A DNA stretch of 64,000 bases from Lingula anatina. Its lineage: Eukaryota > Animalia > Brachiopoda. The stretch is from the NCBI GenBank assembly GCA_051362555.1, contig CM120642.1, positions 33,356,001 through 33,420,000 on the forward strand, read 5' to 3'. The position numbers and the translations under genes are program-made. This document shows positions 39,901-53,500 of the stretch, piece by piece (the stretch's first letter is position 1; every line of letters starts with the position of its first letter). The notes beneath the pieces were generated by a model. That model saw only the letters and a program-made list of their open reading frames with translations, did no database searches and was not told where the DNA came from.

Positions 39901-42900
39901 ATAACAAAAACATCGAGCTCGCCAGGACTCGAACCTGGAATCTTCCGCTCCGTAGGCGGACGCGTTGTCCATTGCGCCACGAGCCCGTTCACGTAGGTTG
40001 AAGCGGCAATAATCCGCCCATTTCAGGACGCCGACGGCATCGCATGTGATACCGCGATTATTTCAATTTTAGCTGTTAATGTAGACCTAAGTGCACAATT
40101 CGTGAGTTGTATCACATTATGGAGAAAGGTTGTCGCCATCACCTATAGGCTACAATGACGCCAAACTACATGTTAAATCGATGGATTCATTTGATTGAAA
40201 AATAATAAATCAATTGTGTAATTCGTCGACGACTGTGTGTATCCTTGCCAGGATGAGTGTAGTGGAGGATACCAATAGTAATAAACTCGTCTTTAAACCC
40301 GAAGTTTACGTATAAGGACTGAGGGCAACTGTCCTTCTTGGGCATTTTTACGAGTTTCACTCATGTTGAATCCACCAACCATCCATATCAAAACCAATCT
40401 TAAGTGACGGTAAGAGTTCTTTCAGAATTTCTCACTGTATTGCAAATCCATGGCTCGAGATCTGAAAAACGTGGTAGATGGGAAATCAACCCCTAAGTAC
40501 GGCCTCGGCTGTTGTGCACGTTTGTTTAGAGGTGGTGTAGTTACATACAAGTAGGTGGCTAGATAATGATCTCTAATCTCATAGAGTTCTTACATATAAT
40601 GTTTTACCAGTTCTCGTAAGGAGAATATGAGTACAGTTTCCACAAAATATGACTGAAAAAATGAAAAATCCGAGCTCGCCAGGACTCGAACCTGGAATCT
40701 TCCGCTCCGTAGGCGGACGCGTTATCCATTGCGCCACGAGCCCGTTTACACCTGCGTTCAGGTGTGCAAATCTAGCCACACGTGGATCTCTACTCCACGC
40801 TGCAGCTGTATGCCCTTTGGCTTGTATCACAGTGCTGCTTTATGAAGGGAAAGTTGATGAGCCGTACCACGCGACTGAGAGTGTGGAGACAAAATTTGTA
40901 GTGCCAGTGAGTAACCCAAACGCAATCACTCTTTCTGGAATGAAAACGCTTGGAATTGCGCCTTATTTTGGTCTCTGTTTCAAACACTTTTGTGCAATTT
41001 AGCTTATGTTTCGTTTCCTATGCTTTCATAACAATAGTCACTAGTCGTGTGATAGCTTTCAATAGAAGATATCAAGCTGCTCTGCCAAAATTAATGTGCA
41101 TGCGTTTCTTGTAAAATTATGTGGTATAGGTTAACACGACCTAACTTAAATAAGTAAACACAAGGAAAATACCGGTAATTCAGACACTTCCCATATACAA
41201 TGCGTCACAATATCCTTGGCTCCTTACCTCGCCACTGTACAATACAAGTGTTAACATTACACACTCTGTGTCAATACCGCCCATCTGTACTCTAAACACC
41301 AAGACATATGAGAGGGAATTATGCCGGATATTATTTCCAAATAAGAAATTCTGCTTCAACAACAGTTTATATTTGAGGTTACTATGTATAAATGTTCATA
41401 ACTTAAAATTCTGATCGGCCCAGTTTTATAAAGGACGTTTAGCACTAACTAGTGGATAAGTCTAACCAGTGGATAAATTCCCCTAACACCCATTAACTAA
41501 AAGATGGTTAAATTGTGTTTTATATACAGTCTTCTAACGGAAAACAGCCAATTAGTTAACTGGCCAGTGTTTGACTGGATTAAATAATTATTTAAAGGTC
41601 AGTTTACTAACAGACTATTTAGGTCTGGTTAGAGTTAAACACTGGTTAGTGCTAAACGTCCTTTATAAAACTGGGCCTTGATCATAAGTTGTTACTTTTC
41701 ACTTTCTACATGAAATTAAAGCTATAGGCCAAGGGGCTTTCAATCACTCCTTTCGTGTAGAAAGCGAACAGTTTAAACTTAGAACCATTATCATCAGACT
41801 ACACTGATGAATTTATATATCATTTAATGTTTAGTTTTAGCTGTGGTGTTCACGAGCACTGTATGGACGTTGGGTATTCTGGGTCTGATAGCTCTGTGCC
41901 TGTATAGACGAAGGAAGCAGGCAGAGTATAGAAAGCGCGGGTAACTATTCATATTTTCTAATATGTGTGATGTATTATTTTAAGTCCAGTTTGTTTATTA
42001 CTACTTTCTGTCTAGAATATATTCTCCTTGGTTTGTGGAAAGTTAGTCTGTACTACACATTAATGCCCAGCAGTTAGATTTGAAATAAATATACGACACA
42101 GTCACATCGACAAAAATCCTTACATACAGATATGATAACATTACTTTTTCAGTCTGGACGAACTTTCACGTATGCTTCTCTCTGAGGGTGATGATGCTCC
42201 TCCTCCTCCTCGGAAACAACATCACGAAGACGAAGCTGAAAAGTAAACAAAATATCTACAGCCCTCTGTGCAGTCGATTTACGTGATGTTAAGCTACCGT
42301 GATCTGCCAAAAAGGGTGTCCTCGCTTTTCATCCGAGTAACTTGATACATCGAAAAGTGTCAGTAATTCAATAGTTGCGTTGTGAAGTCACAATCCAAAC
42401 TGGTTCTCCATTCCGTTGTCAGTTTGCTTTTACATATAGTAGAAGTTTACATAGCAGGTAACACGCATATGTCTTATCTTATTTTGAAATTAAAATGGAA
42501 TTTGATATCATTCCCACAACTTCACTTCCAGACCGTCGATGATTCCCTGGTACTGTCGTTTTCCACACCTATTCAAGGTTCCTCCCCAACGACCCCCTGC
42601 CTATGTCAGACTGGGCAACTTCAGCCAACAGACCCCCGGGACATACGTCGTCACCATGTAGGTAATTTTCAGCTTTTCCTACAATATTCGGTCACAGCGC
42701 AATAATTTCGAGAGCAAAAATCGAATTATTATCGAGAGTATAAATCAAATTATTTCAGTAAATCAATTGACAATTTTAAATTTGATACAATCATATACAT
42801 ATTTGTCAAGAGTTTGTCACGGAGTTAAATTACCCCTGTGTACATGTGTAAAAAAAAAACTCGTTTTGCCGAGTTGAATATCACTGTAGCACTCTACTTA

Positions 42901-44759
42901 TACATGCATATGCATTCATATTCATTTTTTTTTTTTTTTTTTGCTAACTAATATGTACATTCATAAGCCTTTCTGGTAACGGACTGAGCAATGATAGTAT
43001 TAAACTCATCCCAACTACGAATTGTATGATAGTGAATAAGGGAAAAAAAGATGAAAACTTAAGAGGCAAGGTACATCACAGTTGGGGCTCGAACTTTCAT
43101 ACACGTTAGATTGGGGTAAGTGTCTTTTTCATGTATTGTGAACTGAAAACAATATAGTAAAAATCTATGGTTGATTTCAGGCCAGAGAACAACACATCCT
43201 TGTTCTCTATAGACAGTGATTCAGATGAAGAGGGAGCAGATAATAAAGCTAAGAAGCTGGATACAACGCCGAACACAGACGCTCAGAACGACAAAGATAA
43301 AGCTAAGAAGCTAGCTACAACGCCGAACACGGACGCTCAGAACGACGAAGATAAAGCTAAGAAGCTGGCTACAACGCCGAACACGGACGCTCAGAGCGAC
43401 GAAGAAAAAGCTAAGAAGCTGGATACAACGCCGAACACGGACGCTCAGAGCGACGAAGAAAAAACTAAGAAGCTGGATACAACGCTGAACACGGACGCTC
43501 AGAAAGACGAATTAGAAAGGTAACGACTGCATTCGGACCACTACAGGACATAGAATTCAGGGATACCAAATAAGTTCTTCTTTGTTGCCGGGAATTTGAG
43601 AGGGGTTGGAGAGGGGGTAGCAAACAAACATCCATGCCAAGGCAAATCAACAACCACAAAAAAGGGAAAGAAAGCTAAGACAATAGTTACAAAAGAAAAT
43701 AAATTGGGGAAAGTAATGTTTGGCATTATAAATATATAGTCAAAAATCAATTTTACAAGTAATTGACTATCACCTTTAACAGGCCTACCCAACTACCAGA
43801 CTCGGCACCGAATGATCCTGAATTCACCGGTAAATTGGACCACACTACCCGTTTTCAAGGTGTGTATCAGTACGCATTTCACAGTATCAGACGCGACACC
43901 GCTCTTGCCTAGTACGCGATGTGATAGGGACAATTCTCAGCGGTGTTTAAAAGCATTGCATCACCACTCAAAATTTGTTCAGGGTATGATACTGTGTAAT
44001 GCGTGCTGACTCACACCTTGAAAACGGGTAGTGTGGTCTGATCTACCGGTGAATTCAGGATCATTCGGTGCCGAGTCTGGTAGTCGGGTAGGCCTGTTTA
44101 AGCGACCACAGCGATGCCAGTTGTATAGTGGCACAAAGGGCGTCGTCCAGCGTGAAGGGGGTTTAACTTTGCCATTTGTTCAAACACATTACTATAATGT
44201 AAAATTACGTTGAAACTTTCAAAATTGGAAAAAATTAACCTCCGTTTGCCGTGACAGAGATATTTCCACAGCTCTGCCGTGACCAGGATTCGAACCTGGG
44301 TTGTCTCGGCCACAACGAGAAGTACTAACCACTATACGATCACGGCTGCTACGGGAGGATGTCGAACGTAGCACAAGTTTAGCCTACCCAACCACAATTT
44401 GCAACTGTATCGTTAATATTTGCTTACACTGACAGTTGCTCACCCGTTATAAATTCATATTAATAAGTCATTATAGGTATGATTTTGGCGTTTGAAACAA
44501 CCCTTCTTTTAAAATTATCATGAACAGTTGAAAAAAGTACACGTGCCCTGCATATCCTGTAGCAAATGTTACGTCTAGAAACGTATACGAACTTTATTTA
44601 AAGTTTCCTCATTCCTTTTTTAGATCTATACCTATTGCAACATCTACTCCCTTAAAATCATCTGGTTTATCCGAGTTGAAGAAAAGGGCTGCTGCCGTGG
44701 AAGAAGCAGACAAACAGGTACAGACAGACGACGACGAGGATTATCCACCTTTAAGCTGA
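30999..44759 (+). CDS. Uncharacterised giant type I membrane protein (~2815 aa) with Pro/Lys/His/Leu tandem-repeat ectodomain; 7 coding exons
   Basis: Exons 30999-31056 (signal peptide MDNLMIFCFLAIFATCNSQ), 31734-39332, 41841-41940 (TM AVVFTSTVWTLGILGLIALCLY then RRRK), 42153-42242, 42532-42657, 43181-43519 and 44624-44759 (stop TGA). All junctions are GT-AG with matching phases (1,1,2,2,2,2); total 8448 nt, open throughout. Confidence 0.8.
31856..37200 (+). repeat. Coding minisatellite, 54-bp unit (two 27-bp halves each with CCAAAACAT), ~100 copies
   Basis: Consensus peptide PKH[EGD]PL[LF]LL-PKHK[TPS]PK[SLFA]P. A 270-bp higher-order period is visible at 31981, 32251, 32521 and 32791. Confidence 0.97.
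39914..39986 (-). tRNA. tRNA-Arg (ACG), D-loop variant
   Basis: GGGCTCGTGGCGCAATGGACAACGCGTCCGCCTACGGAGCGGAAGATTCCAGGTTCGAGTCCTGGCGAGCTCG; cloverleaf with anticodon ACG. Lies in intron 2 of the repeat-protein gene. Confidence 0.93.
40671..40743 (-). tRNA. tRNA-Arg (ACG)
   Basis: GGGCTCGTGGCGCAATGGATAACGCGTCCGCCTACGGAGCGGAAGATTCCAGGTTCGAGTCCTGGCGAGCTCG followed by a T-run terminator. Confidence 0.96.
41417..41677. mobile_element. MITE with long TIRs
   Basis: GGCCCAGTTTTATAAAGGACGTTTAGCACTAAC ... GTTAGTGCTAAACGTCCTTTATAAAACTGGGCC (>30-bp perfect inverted repeat). Confidence 0.85.
43245..43514 (+). repeat. Coding tandem repeat, 5 x 54 bp, in the cytoplasmic tail exon
   Basis: KAKKL[DA]TTPNTDAQ[NS]D[EK][DE] repeated five times. 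Confidence 0.93.
43780..44096. mobile_element. Foldback-type MITE with ~110-bp TIRs, flanked by TTTAA direct repeats
   Basis: tttaa|CAGGCCTACCCAACTACCAGACTCGGCACCGAATGATCCTGAATTCACCGGTA... and its reverse complement ending ...GGTAGGCCTG|tttaa. Confidence 0.88.
44275..44346 (-). tRNA. tRNA-His (GTG)
   Basis: Identical body to the copies at 13786 and 14317; lies in the last intron of the repeat-protein gene. Confidence 0.96.
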
Positions 44760-47597
44760 CGCAAAAGCACCATCTGATTAGTGGGTCGAACTCAAATGTG
44801 ACATGAGAAAAAAGCGTCATATTCAAGACCACTGAAGTTCTCAAAATTATTCACCGTGCAATTGACAGAAAAAAATGGAATGGACGGCTGAACACTGCGC
44901 ACTATGTGCGTATATGTATATGTATATAAACTCCCACGTGCCTTGTTTTGCACGTAGACAAACACGGTTGATAAAAAGTGTTGACACCACGCAAATAGAG
45001 GACCATGTGAAATCTATTTGTGATATAATGTTGAGACATAATGGGGACACGCCACAGGAGCAATTATTTTTTCACAGCCACGAATTGCGCTGTCCCGGAT
45101 GTATAGTGGGAGTCCACTAACTGAGGCAAAAGCAAATGGTTGATGCCTGCACGTTGTTTATGCATATTTCAAATGTAAAGTTTGAACTTGGGATTAAAAG
45201 CATAAATGTTTGATTGTAACTATCTTATTTCCTTTCACACTGTACCGATTCCATTTTGACGTGTATATTTTAACAAAAGCAGATATTTCATGATATAAAT
45301 CGGAGTTGTAAATTGCTTATTTGGTTGTTTTCTGTTTTTTCTATTAGACAACTTGATACGTAAATTATGAGGTTTATTATTCGCGCATGCACCTGTTACA
45401 CATTATTACCAGTATCTTATCTCTTGCATATTCACATCTGGGACATCTTGTAACATGATATTTGTTTCATAGCGAAACGGCATCAAAAATGCATCAATAT
45501 GTGATTAAAATTTGATTAGTCCAAAAATATGTACGCTCCCGCAAACGATTAAACTCCCCGTCGCCATAAGTTGTGCGTTTTAGCTTAAAGAATGCACTTT
45601 CTAACTTTAAAGGTAATACTTGCACAGTCACAGATTAGGGAAAAGTCACATTCTATAGGTCGTCACCCTTTTCAATACATAGTACATTTAGACAAACGAT
45701 TTGAGCATCACTTGAAAAACAAACGGAGAATGTTCCTAGTGTTTGCTCGTTCCTAGCCTAACTGAGGGGAGGCTTTAAATCCCGGCTTAGCCCACTAACA
45801 GCCCATACCTTCTGAAGCACTCACATGGTGTGTGTGCCTGTTTAGTCGACTTACGCCTAGCAACTACCTGCTTTTAAGTTCCCTTCAAACTCGGTCACAC
45901 GCATTCACCGATAAGATAAAAAGGTTGACGTGAGAGCACAGTATACCCCTAAGAAGAAATACAGCAGGGTTATAAAGTGAGTAGTTAAAGTATATAATGA
46001 AACTTAAAATGTAGGAGAATCCTGGCAGTAATATGAGAGAGAACAGCAGATAACATTGATGGGGACGGTAAGTTTGTCACATGACGCTTACGTCGTTTCA
46101 TTGACTTTTCGTGCAACAGATTGATGAAATGATGGTTAGTGACGGATAAATCATGTCAGTCAGTTTGGGATATTATCATATGATTTACACTTAGTCTACA
46201 AATACCAATATGTTAACAAAGATGGCGGTGTGAAAATGAAGTTTAAGAGAAAAGGAACGGTAGGTGGAACAGAACAAGATTTCAAGGACTATAAAAACAA
46301 GGAACAATGTTTCAGAATTTTTGTGATGAAAATATAATATAAATGTTGTTTTGAAAAAACAAGAGTGAGGTCCGTGACCAAGCTGGGGTCTGCCAGGTTC
46401 CAAAAAGCAGCCCTTTTGCTGTGAAAAGGTCCGTTCTGGTTATAAATGAATCTAGGTACACGAAGGTTTCTTGGAATACGGTTCACTTTTTCAGAAAAAT
46501 CCCCCCTCCTTTGAAATTGCTAGCAATGGGCCTAACAATTATGAAAAGGATTACCTATTAACAGGAATCTTAAAGAGTCTGAGATTCAAAACCCGAGAAA
46601 TCATAGTACAATACCCCCCTAAAGACCTGTTCAGACTAGAACATATTTAGACTGAAAATAAGATCAAATTGGACCATTAGGCGGCGAGACTGAGCCTGGA
46701 CTCAGGGGAATACTGGTGTAGTACTGTAAGGCTCTTCACAGATATTGGTAAACATTGAAAACAGATAGCGACAGTCTTCAGTGAATTGCGCCGTAAATCA
46801 CGAATTCTATTGGCATTTTCAACGTGTTATCTTAAGGAGGGGATGAAAAGGAGGGAGCTGAGTATGTGGGGTGGGGTGGGGTGGAGAGTATTGGTTAAGT
46901 TGTGACTAATCTTTCTTCTAGAAGGAAGTTCTCTCAGTAAGTTGAGTCAGTGGGGGGACCCCGCGTCTTATCTGACATCCGCGTCTGCTGATAAAAAAGT
47001 TGACAAATATGCAGACAGAAAATCTGCTCCACTGCAGTGCAGGTTCATGGTAATGGCGGTGTACGTGCAGTGTTTATCACTGATCATAATGTCCTAAAGT
47101 AAACAACAGCTTGAGTCAACATTACATTGCAGCAGGTTGATCATAGCAAGCACCTGCATTTCATAACAGATAATGAATAAATTACAGAGAGAATATCAAC
47201 AGATTTGCCAAAGCCAGGCTATAGGAAATGGTGGTAAGATGGTCACATCGCGGGGTTCATACTATATGATCACGACCAAGCAGCAAACATCCACCATCAA
47301 CTATAATGAGATATAGACAAAAATATAGAATTGAATTTATACTTTTTGCGATTATCTAAGCCTTGCAATAGCACAGGTTAAACATAAAATAGGCAGGTTG
47401 AATTACAGACGAAATGTTTTTGGCAGATTACATGTGTTGTAAGAGAAAATGATTCTTCCAAAAGTAAGAATACTTGAAAAAGCACAGCTCTGGATTATTA
47501 TTGTCCTAATACCAAATGATTGGTTGTCATAGCAACACTTCCTCCACGTACAACCACATTTACTCTATTACAGCTGAAGCGAATCTTACGAGGAGAC

Positions 47598-50500
47598 ATG
47601 GACGACCTTTCCTCATCTGTGAGGCCTTCCCAAGGGGCGGCAGTCCTCGAATCTCTCCCGCGCAATGTATACTACATGGACGAGGAAGACAGGAGGCAGT
47701 CGGCAGATGACAGCACTGTCGCGAATTATCAGTATGGCGATACAAACTTTGGCCTGAAAAGTCGGATGTTCGGAACGACCTCCGCTTTTTTCAATAGTGG
47801 CATGACTGGTCCGATTTCGAATGGTTCCTATGGATACCAAGAATCGCACTTTCTCAACAGAAAACAGCAAGAGGCCAGCATGAACAAGACAGAAAAGGGA
47901 CCAGGATTGGCAAATGGCAGCAGCAAGTTTTCCTTGAAGACCGCGAGTCCTGGTCCGGATGGCTTCCATCCTAATGATGACAAAAGTTCTTTCTTTGCTA
48001 AGGTGAGCCCAAGCGACTTTGTTTGACTTCTCAAAGGCCATGTCTAGTTCTGTACTTTTTCATCTTCAAATGTTTTAGTTCTAGATACTTATTTAAGGCT
48101 ACCCGATAATAGCATACCCTATGTATTCCATAGTCAAAATAAAAACATAAGTTCATTTGGCTTTAGCACTGGTTAACGAATCCGCTCAGTCCTAGATTTG
48201 GAAAAGCTCTTAAAACTCACAAAATAAAAGGACGCGACTTCTTCGTTGGTTTGATAAATGAATCTTCCTACATTGGTTTTTACAGGGTCGTGACTTCGAA
48301 AGCGTCAATACCAACCATAAGTATACCATTTCTGAGAGAGAACTGCTAGCAACTCATGACAGTCAGGACTATCTGCCCCCTCACAGCGAGGTCTACAAAA
48401 AGTGGATAAGAAAGCGTCCGGCAAGGTAAGTCCAACATTCTTCTCATATTTTTATTGAATTGCACATATAGAAGGTGTGTTCTTTTAATTACACAAAAAA
48501 TATCACTGTCATCCAGTAAAAAAGTAATATTTCATTGTTGACTTCAAAAACGTTTCTAAAACGAAATAATTTCTTTGGTCCTCCGTAGATTAAACTGGGA
48601 CCGCTGGTACATGATGGCGCTGATTGGCTGCGCAGTGGGAATTGTGGGATACCTCCTCCACCAAACCGTCGCCATGATTTCAGACTTCAAATGGGAGAGA
48701 GCAGAAGAGTATATTAAGGTGTATATAAACGATTAGTCCATTTTCATTAGAAGTGCAGAATGGACGTCTAAGAAACACTTTAAAACATACAAGACAAAGA
48801 AAAGCAAGCATGATGTGTGAATTTTGAAATGAGCGATACGATTTCACATCAGGATTTTTTTTCCAATATATTTTAAAAGTATAAATGGCACTGAAATCGC
48901 TTTGCTGTTAATTAATTTACTATTTATTTACTTTGATGAAAAATAATTTTCAATTTATGTTTTAGGAAGATATTTGGAAAGCGTACGCTTGGTTGTTGAG
49001 CTACAGTCTAGGATTCACTGCCATAGCGTCCTTCTTAGTTGCAGTAAGTGGCAACATATCCAACCACAAACATGAAGCAGTTTTTTAAAGATTCATCTTG
49101 ATTAAGAGCACTAGCTGTTATAGATATATCAGATATAAAATAGTATCATAAAAACGCTCTTTTAAATAAGTTTCCGCGTTAAAGCGTGCGTGAGAGATAC
49201 ATGCACGTTTCCTGAATAGGGCCTATATATAGTTTATATCGTGTCCTTCCAGTTTGTATGGCCATACGCAGCGGGTTCGGGAATTCCAGAAATCATCGGT
49301 TTCCTGAACGGCACAGTTGTCCGCCACGCGCTGAACCTCAAGACCTTCATCGTCAAGTTTCTGTCGTGCGCATGCGCCGTGGGTGGAGGTCTCCCCGTCG
49401 GACCTGAAGGACCAATGATCCACATAGGGTATTACACACTTGATCGTTTAATCCGTTGTCAAGTTTACTTAAAATCAAAACTGTAGGCTCATTGTGCGCT
49501 GTTCGTAACGTGTTTGTATCATTAGCTCTATTTTCTCATCAATCCATTTAAACAACATCAGTGGCACATGAACGCTGAATGACATACAAGAGAAGCGCAG
49601 TTGTTAAACATTTCGGGTAAATTGCTTCCATCAAATTAAAGATTGTTTTATACCATTTTAGAGCTATCGTCGGAAATGGCCTAAGTCAATTTCGTTCGAG
49701 GACCTTTGGTTGTAAACTTCCGTTTTTTGAACGATTCAGGAACTCAGAAGACAGGTAAGGGTTTTAGGGAATATAACGTTTATGTCTTGATAAGTTTGGT
49801 AAATAGCAGGTTGGCAAGGACTACAATTTGTCAATAGGACATGCATCGTGCAATAAACCGACTTGTGCCTTCCTATATTACAGGGGAGCATCATTTTTGG
49901 GGCCTCAAATGGATTAAAAGATCACATCTAATAGTTTGCAGTAATGTTATGTGCATTTTGATCACTTTAAATGTGAACGAGAGAAACGGGAGTTTTTAAC
50001 CAGTTACTGTCTTCACTGCTGTTTGGCACGTACTGCCATATAATGCCTTACTACGGGCAAATATTAATACTTGTACCAGTGACGTCAGATTTCGTTTAAT
50101 AACCCCGCTTCTTTCCTTCGCTACAAAAGTGATCAAAATTCGGAGAAAAAAGTGCATGTGACTCAAATCTAACATTTAAACTCCCAGAGAAAGACATTTG
50201 TCTGTGGCAACTGTTTCCGCCCAAAAATGAAAAAGTTAGAAGATATTGGCAAATGAGTTAAGTTTCCATAAGTGATATGGCTGAAAAAATGAAAAACACG
50301 TGAGCAAAATTCGGAGAAAAAATGCATATGAATTAAATCTAGCATTTAAACCCCCAAAGACGTTTGCCTGCAGTAACTGTTTCCGCCCTAAAATGAAAAT
50401 GTTGGAAGATATAGGTGGCAAATGAGTTAAGTTCCCATAAATGGCTGAAAAAATGAAAAACACGAGCTCGCCAGGACTCGAACCTGGAATCTTCCGCTCC

Positions 50501-53500
50501 GTAGGCGGACGCGTTATCCATTGCGCCACGAGCCCGTTCTCGTAAGCGTTACGCTGACGTGATCCGCCGATGCCAAGACGCCGACTGCATAGCGTGTGAT
50601 ACCGCCATTATTTTAATCTTGGTCGAACAATATAGGCCTCGTAAGTGGACAGTTCATGAGTTGTATCACAGTATAGAGGGAGTTTGAACTGTAGTCCTAG
50701 ATAGAAACCGAACTGCATGCTATATCGATGGGTGAATTTGATGGAAAAATTCAAAAACATTGATTGAAAAACATGCGTAATTCATCGATGAAGAAGTATC
50801 ACTCATGATGAATCCACCAACCCATCCACATCCAAGCTATTTCACTCCTTTCTACAATCTTAAATGACGGTCAGATTTCTTTCAAAATTAACCTCTGTTT
50901 TTAAGTGCACGTTTACAAATCCGTGGTTCGAGATCTCAAAACATGATAGACTGGGGATGTCAACCCACTAAGGTCATGCCCAGTTGATATGTTACGTTAG
51001 GGGTGGTGTAGTTAAATACAAGAAGACAGCTAGTTGATGATCTCAAATTCCATTGAGTTCGTACATATAATGTTATACCAGCTCTAGTCATAAGATATTG
51101 GCAAATGAGTGAAGTTTCCATAACAATATGGCTGAAAAAATGAAAGACACGAGCTCGCCAGGACTCGAACCTGGAATCTTCCGCTCCGTAGGCGGACGCG
51201 TTATCCATTGCGCCACGAGCCCGTTCATGTAAACGTTACGCTGACCTGTTCCGCCGATGCCCAGACGCCGACTGCATAGCATGTGATACCGCCATTATTT
51301 CAATCTTTGCTGAATAATGTAGGCCTTGTAAGGGAACGGTTCATGAGTTATTTCACAGTATAGAGGGGGTTTGGCCCCGAGTTCTATACAGAAGCCAAAT
51401 TGCATACTAAATCGATGGCTGAATTTGACTGAAAAATAATAAATCGTGTGTAATTCGTCGATGATTGTGTACGTCCTTGCCATGATGAGTGTAGTGGAGG
51501 TTACCAATAATAAACGCGTCTTATCAACCTTAGTTTACATAACATGACACATTGAAGGACAAAAGTCCCTCCTCAGCATTTTTATAACGTTTAAGTATCA
51601 CTCAGGGGAGGATTTAGGGGGGGCCTTACCTCCCCTTCGGTTTCTCTAAAAAAATTACACCAATAATCCCTTCCTGAAATTAAAATTTGACTAGCTGAAA
51701 CAGTTCTCAACCGTTCCGAATGGAGCCGTTCGCACTCTAAAATACCAAAATTTTGCGGGACCCTTCAGCCGCAGCGGGGTCCGAACCCCACGCCAAGGGG
51801 GAGGGGAGGGGAGAATCGGCTTCGCATCCGCAGACAAACCCCCCTTCAAATGACCTTAGATCCGCCCCTGTGACTCATGATGAATCCACCAACCCATCCA
51901 CATCTAGGCTTCATCACCCCTTTCAACGATCTGAAATGACTGTCAGATTTCCTTCCAAATTTAGCTTTTTTTCAACGTTCGCGATTACAAATCAGTGGCT
52001 CGAGATCTCAAAACGTGAAGGATAAGGATACCTACCCCCTAAGTACAGCCTCTACTGATGTGCAAGTTTGTTTAGGGGTGGTGCAGTGTCGAGTAGACAG
52101 CAAGTTGATGATCTCAAATCCCATGGAGTTCTTATATATAATATTATACCAGCTCTAATTACAAGTTATTGACAAATGAGTTGAGTTGCTAAAAATGATA
52201 CGGCTGAAAAAAATGAAAATTTCGAGCTCGCCAGGACTCGAACCTGGATTCTTCCGCTCCGTAGGCGGACGCGTTATCCATTGCGCCACGAGCCCGCTTA
52301 CGCAAGACCAAGAGCCAACGTCGGTCCGGCTCCAACCTCTACTCCAGCTATCTCTTTAAGATAAAAACTTTTTTTACAAGTCTCAATCGTACCTTTCATT
52401 TTCACAAGTCCTTTCTTTTTTAATGCACGTTCTGTATCCATTAATCCTTATCTTCATGATTTTAAAATTTCAGGAGAAATTTCACTTCAGCGGGGGCCGG
52501 TGCCGGGGTGGCGTCTGCTTTTGGAGCACCCGTGGGTGGTTTGTTATTCGCTTTGGAAGAAGTGTCTTCATTCTGGACGATGAAACTGTCTTGGATGACT
52601 TTCTTCTGCTGTATGGTGGCCACATTTTCCACAGACTTTCTGAACTCAGCATTTGCCGAATTCAAATACTGGGGAAGCGTCGGCCTGTTTGATGTGGATA
52701 AATACATCATATTCCGGGTGGGTGAATGTTCGTGTTGATTTACGGACACTTAATTTTTACCTTAATATCAATGCTTAACTTCTTGCTGTCGGTACACCTA
52801 ATTCACCAAAGCAAGTGCCACTACAATGAAAATCTTTTGAAATAATTGATTATTGGCAATTTACTTGCTAAAGTTGTCTTTGGGCGCGTCATTTTGAATG
52901 GCAGTGTCAGAACTTTCACCATTTTGTAATGACCTCCTATCCTGGTTCCTAGGTTCGAGATGCACTTGCCATAAACATCATTATGTTCCTACCGTCGGTT
53001 GTTCTGGGGATATTTGGAGGAATCCTGGGCGCCATCTTCACCATCATCAATTTAAAAATAGGTCGCACAAGACGAGCCATCATGTCAAAGATAACGAACA
53101 AATGGCTGGAAAAGCTGGCCAGGTTTTTTGAGCCTCTGATTATCATGGTAATACATTCTCATAATACGGTATTTCCAATTATTTGTTAGATTATTAAATA
53201 GCAAGACCTTTTAAATAAGAATAATAATTAAATTAAAAAATTGTTACACAGCTGAAATTAAATCTTTGAACCAAAATATGAACCCCCCTTTCCCTTGCGA
53301 GAAAGGGCGCATTTACATAGATTTTAGATCGATCTATCCCCATGGGGAGTCTCACTAGATTACTGTCAGATAATCCGGCTTAAATGTCCGTCCCGCTCCT
53401 ACAAGCTGTAACTTGTAAGGAGGTAATTAACTTTCGTGCCCACTCGGCTGGCAGCTATTTAGCGTGAACCCCCAGGGAGTTAGGTCGATCTAGTATCTCA

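Noticed and set aside
41939-43523. In-frame stops immediately after four consecutive donors of the repeat-protein gene
   Set aside because: Automatic consequence of phase-2 introns starting GTAA/GTAG; no evidence for regulated truncation.
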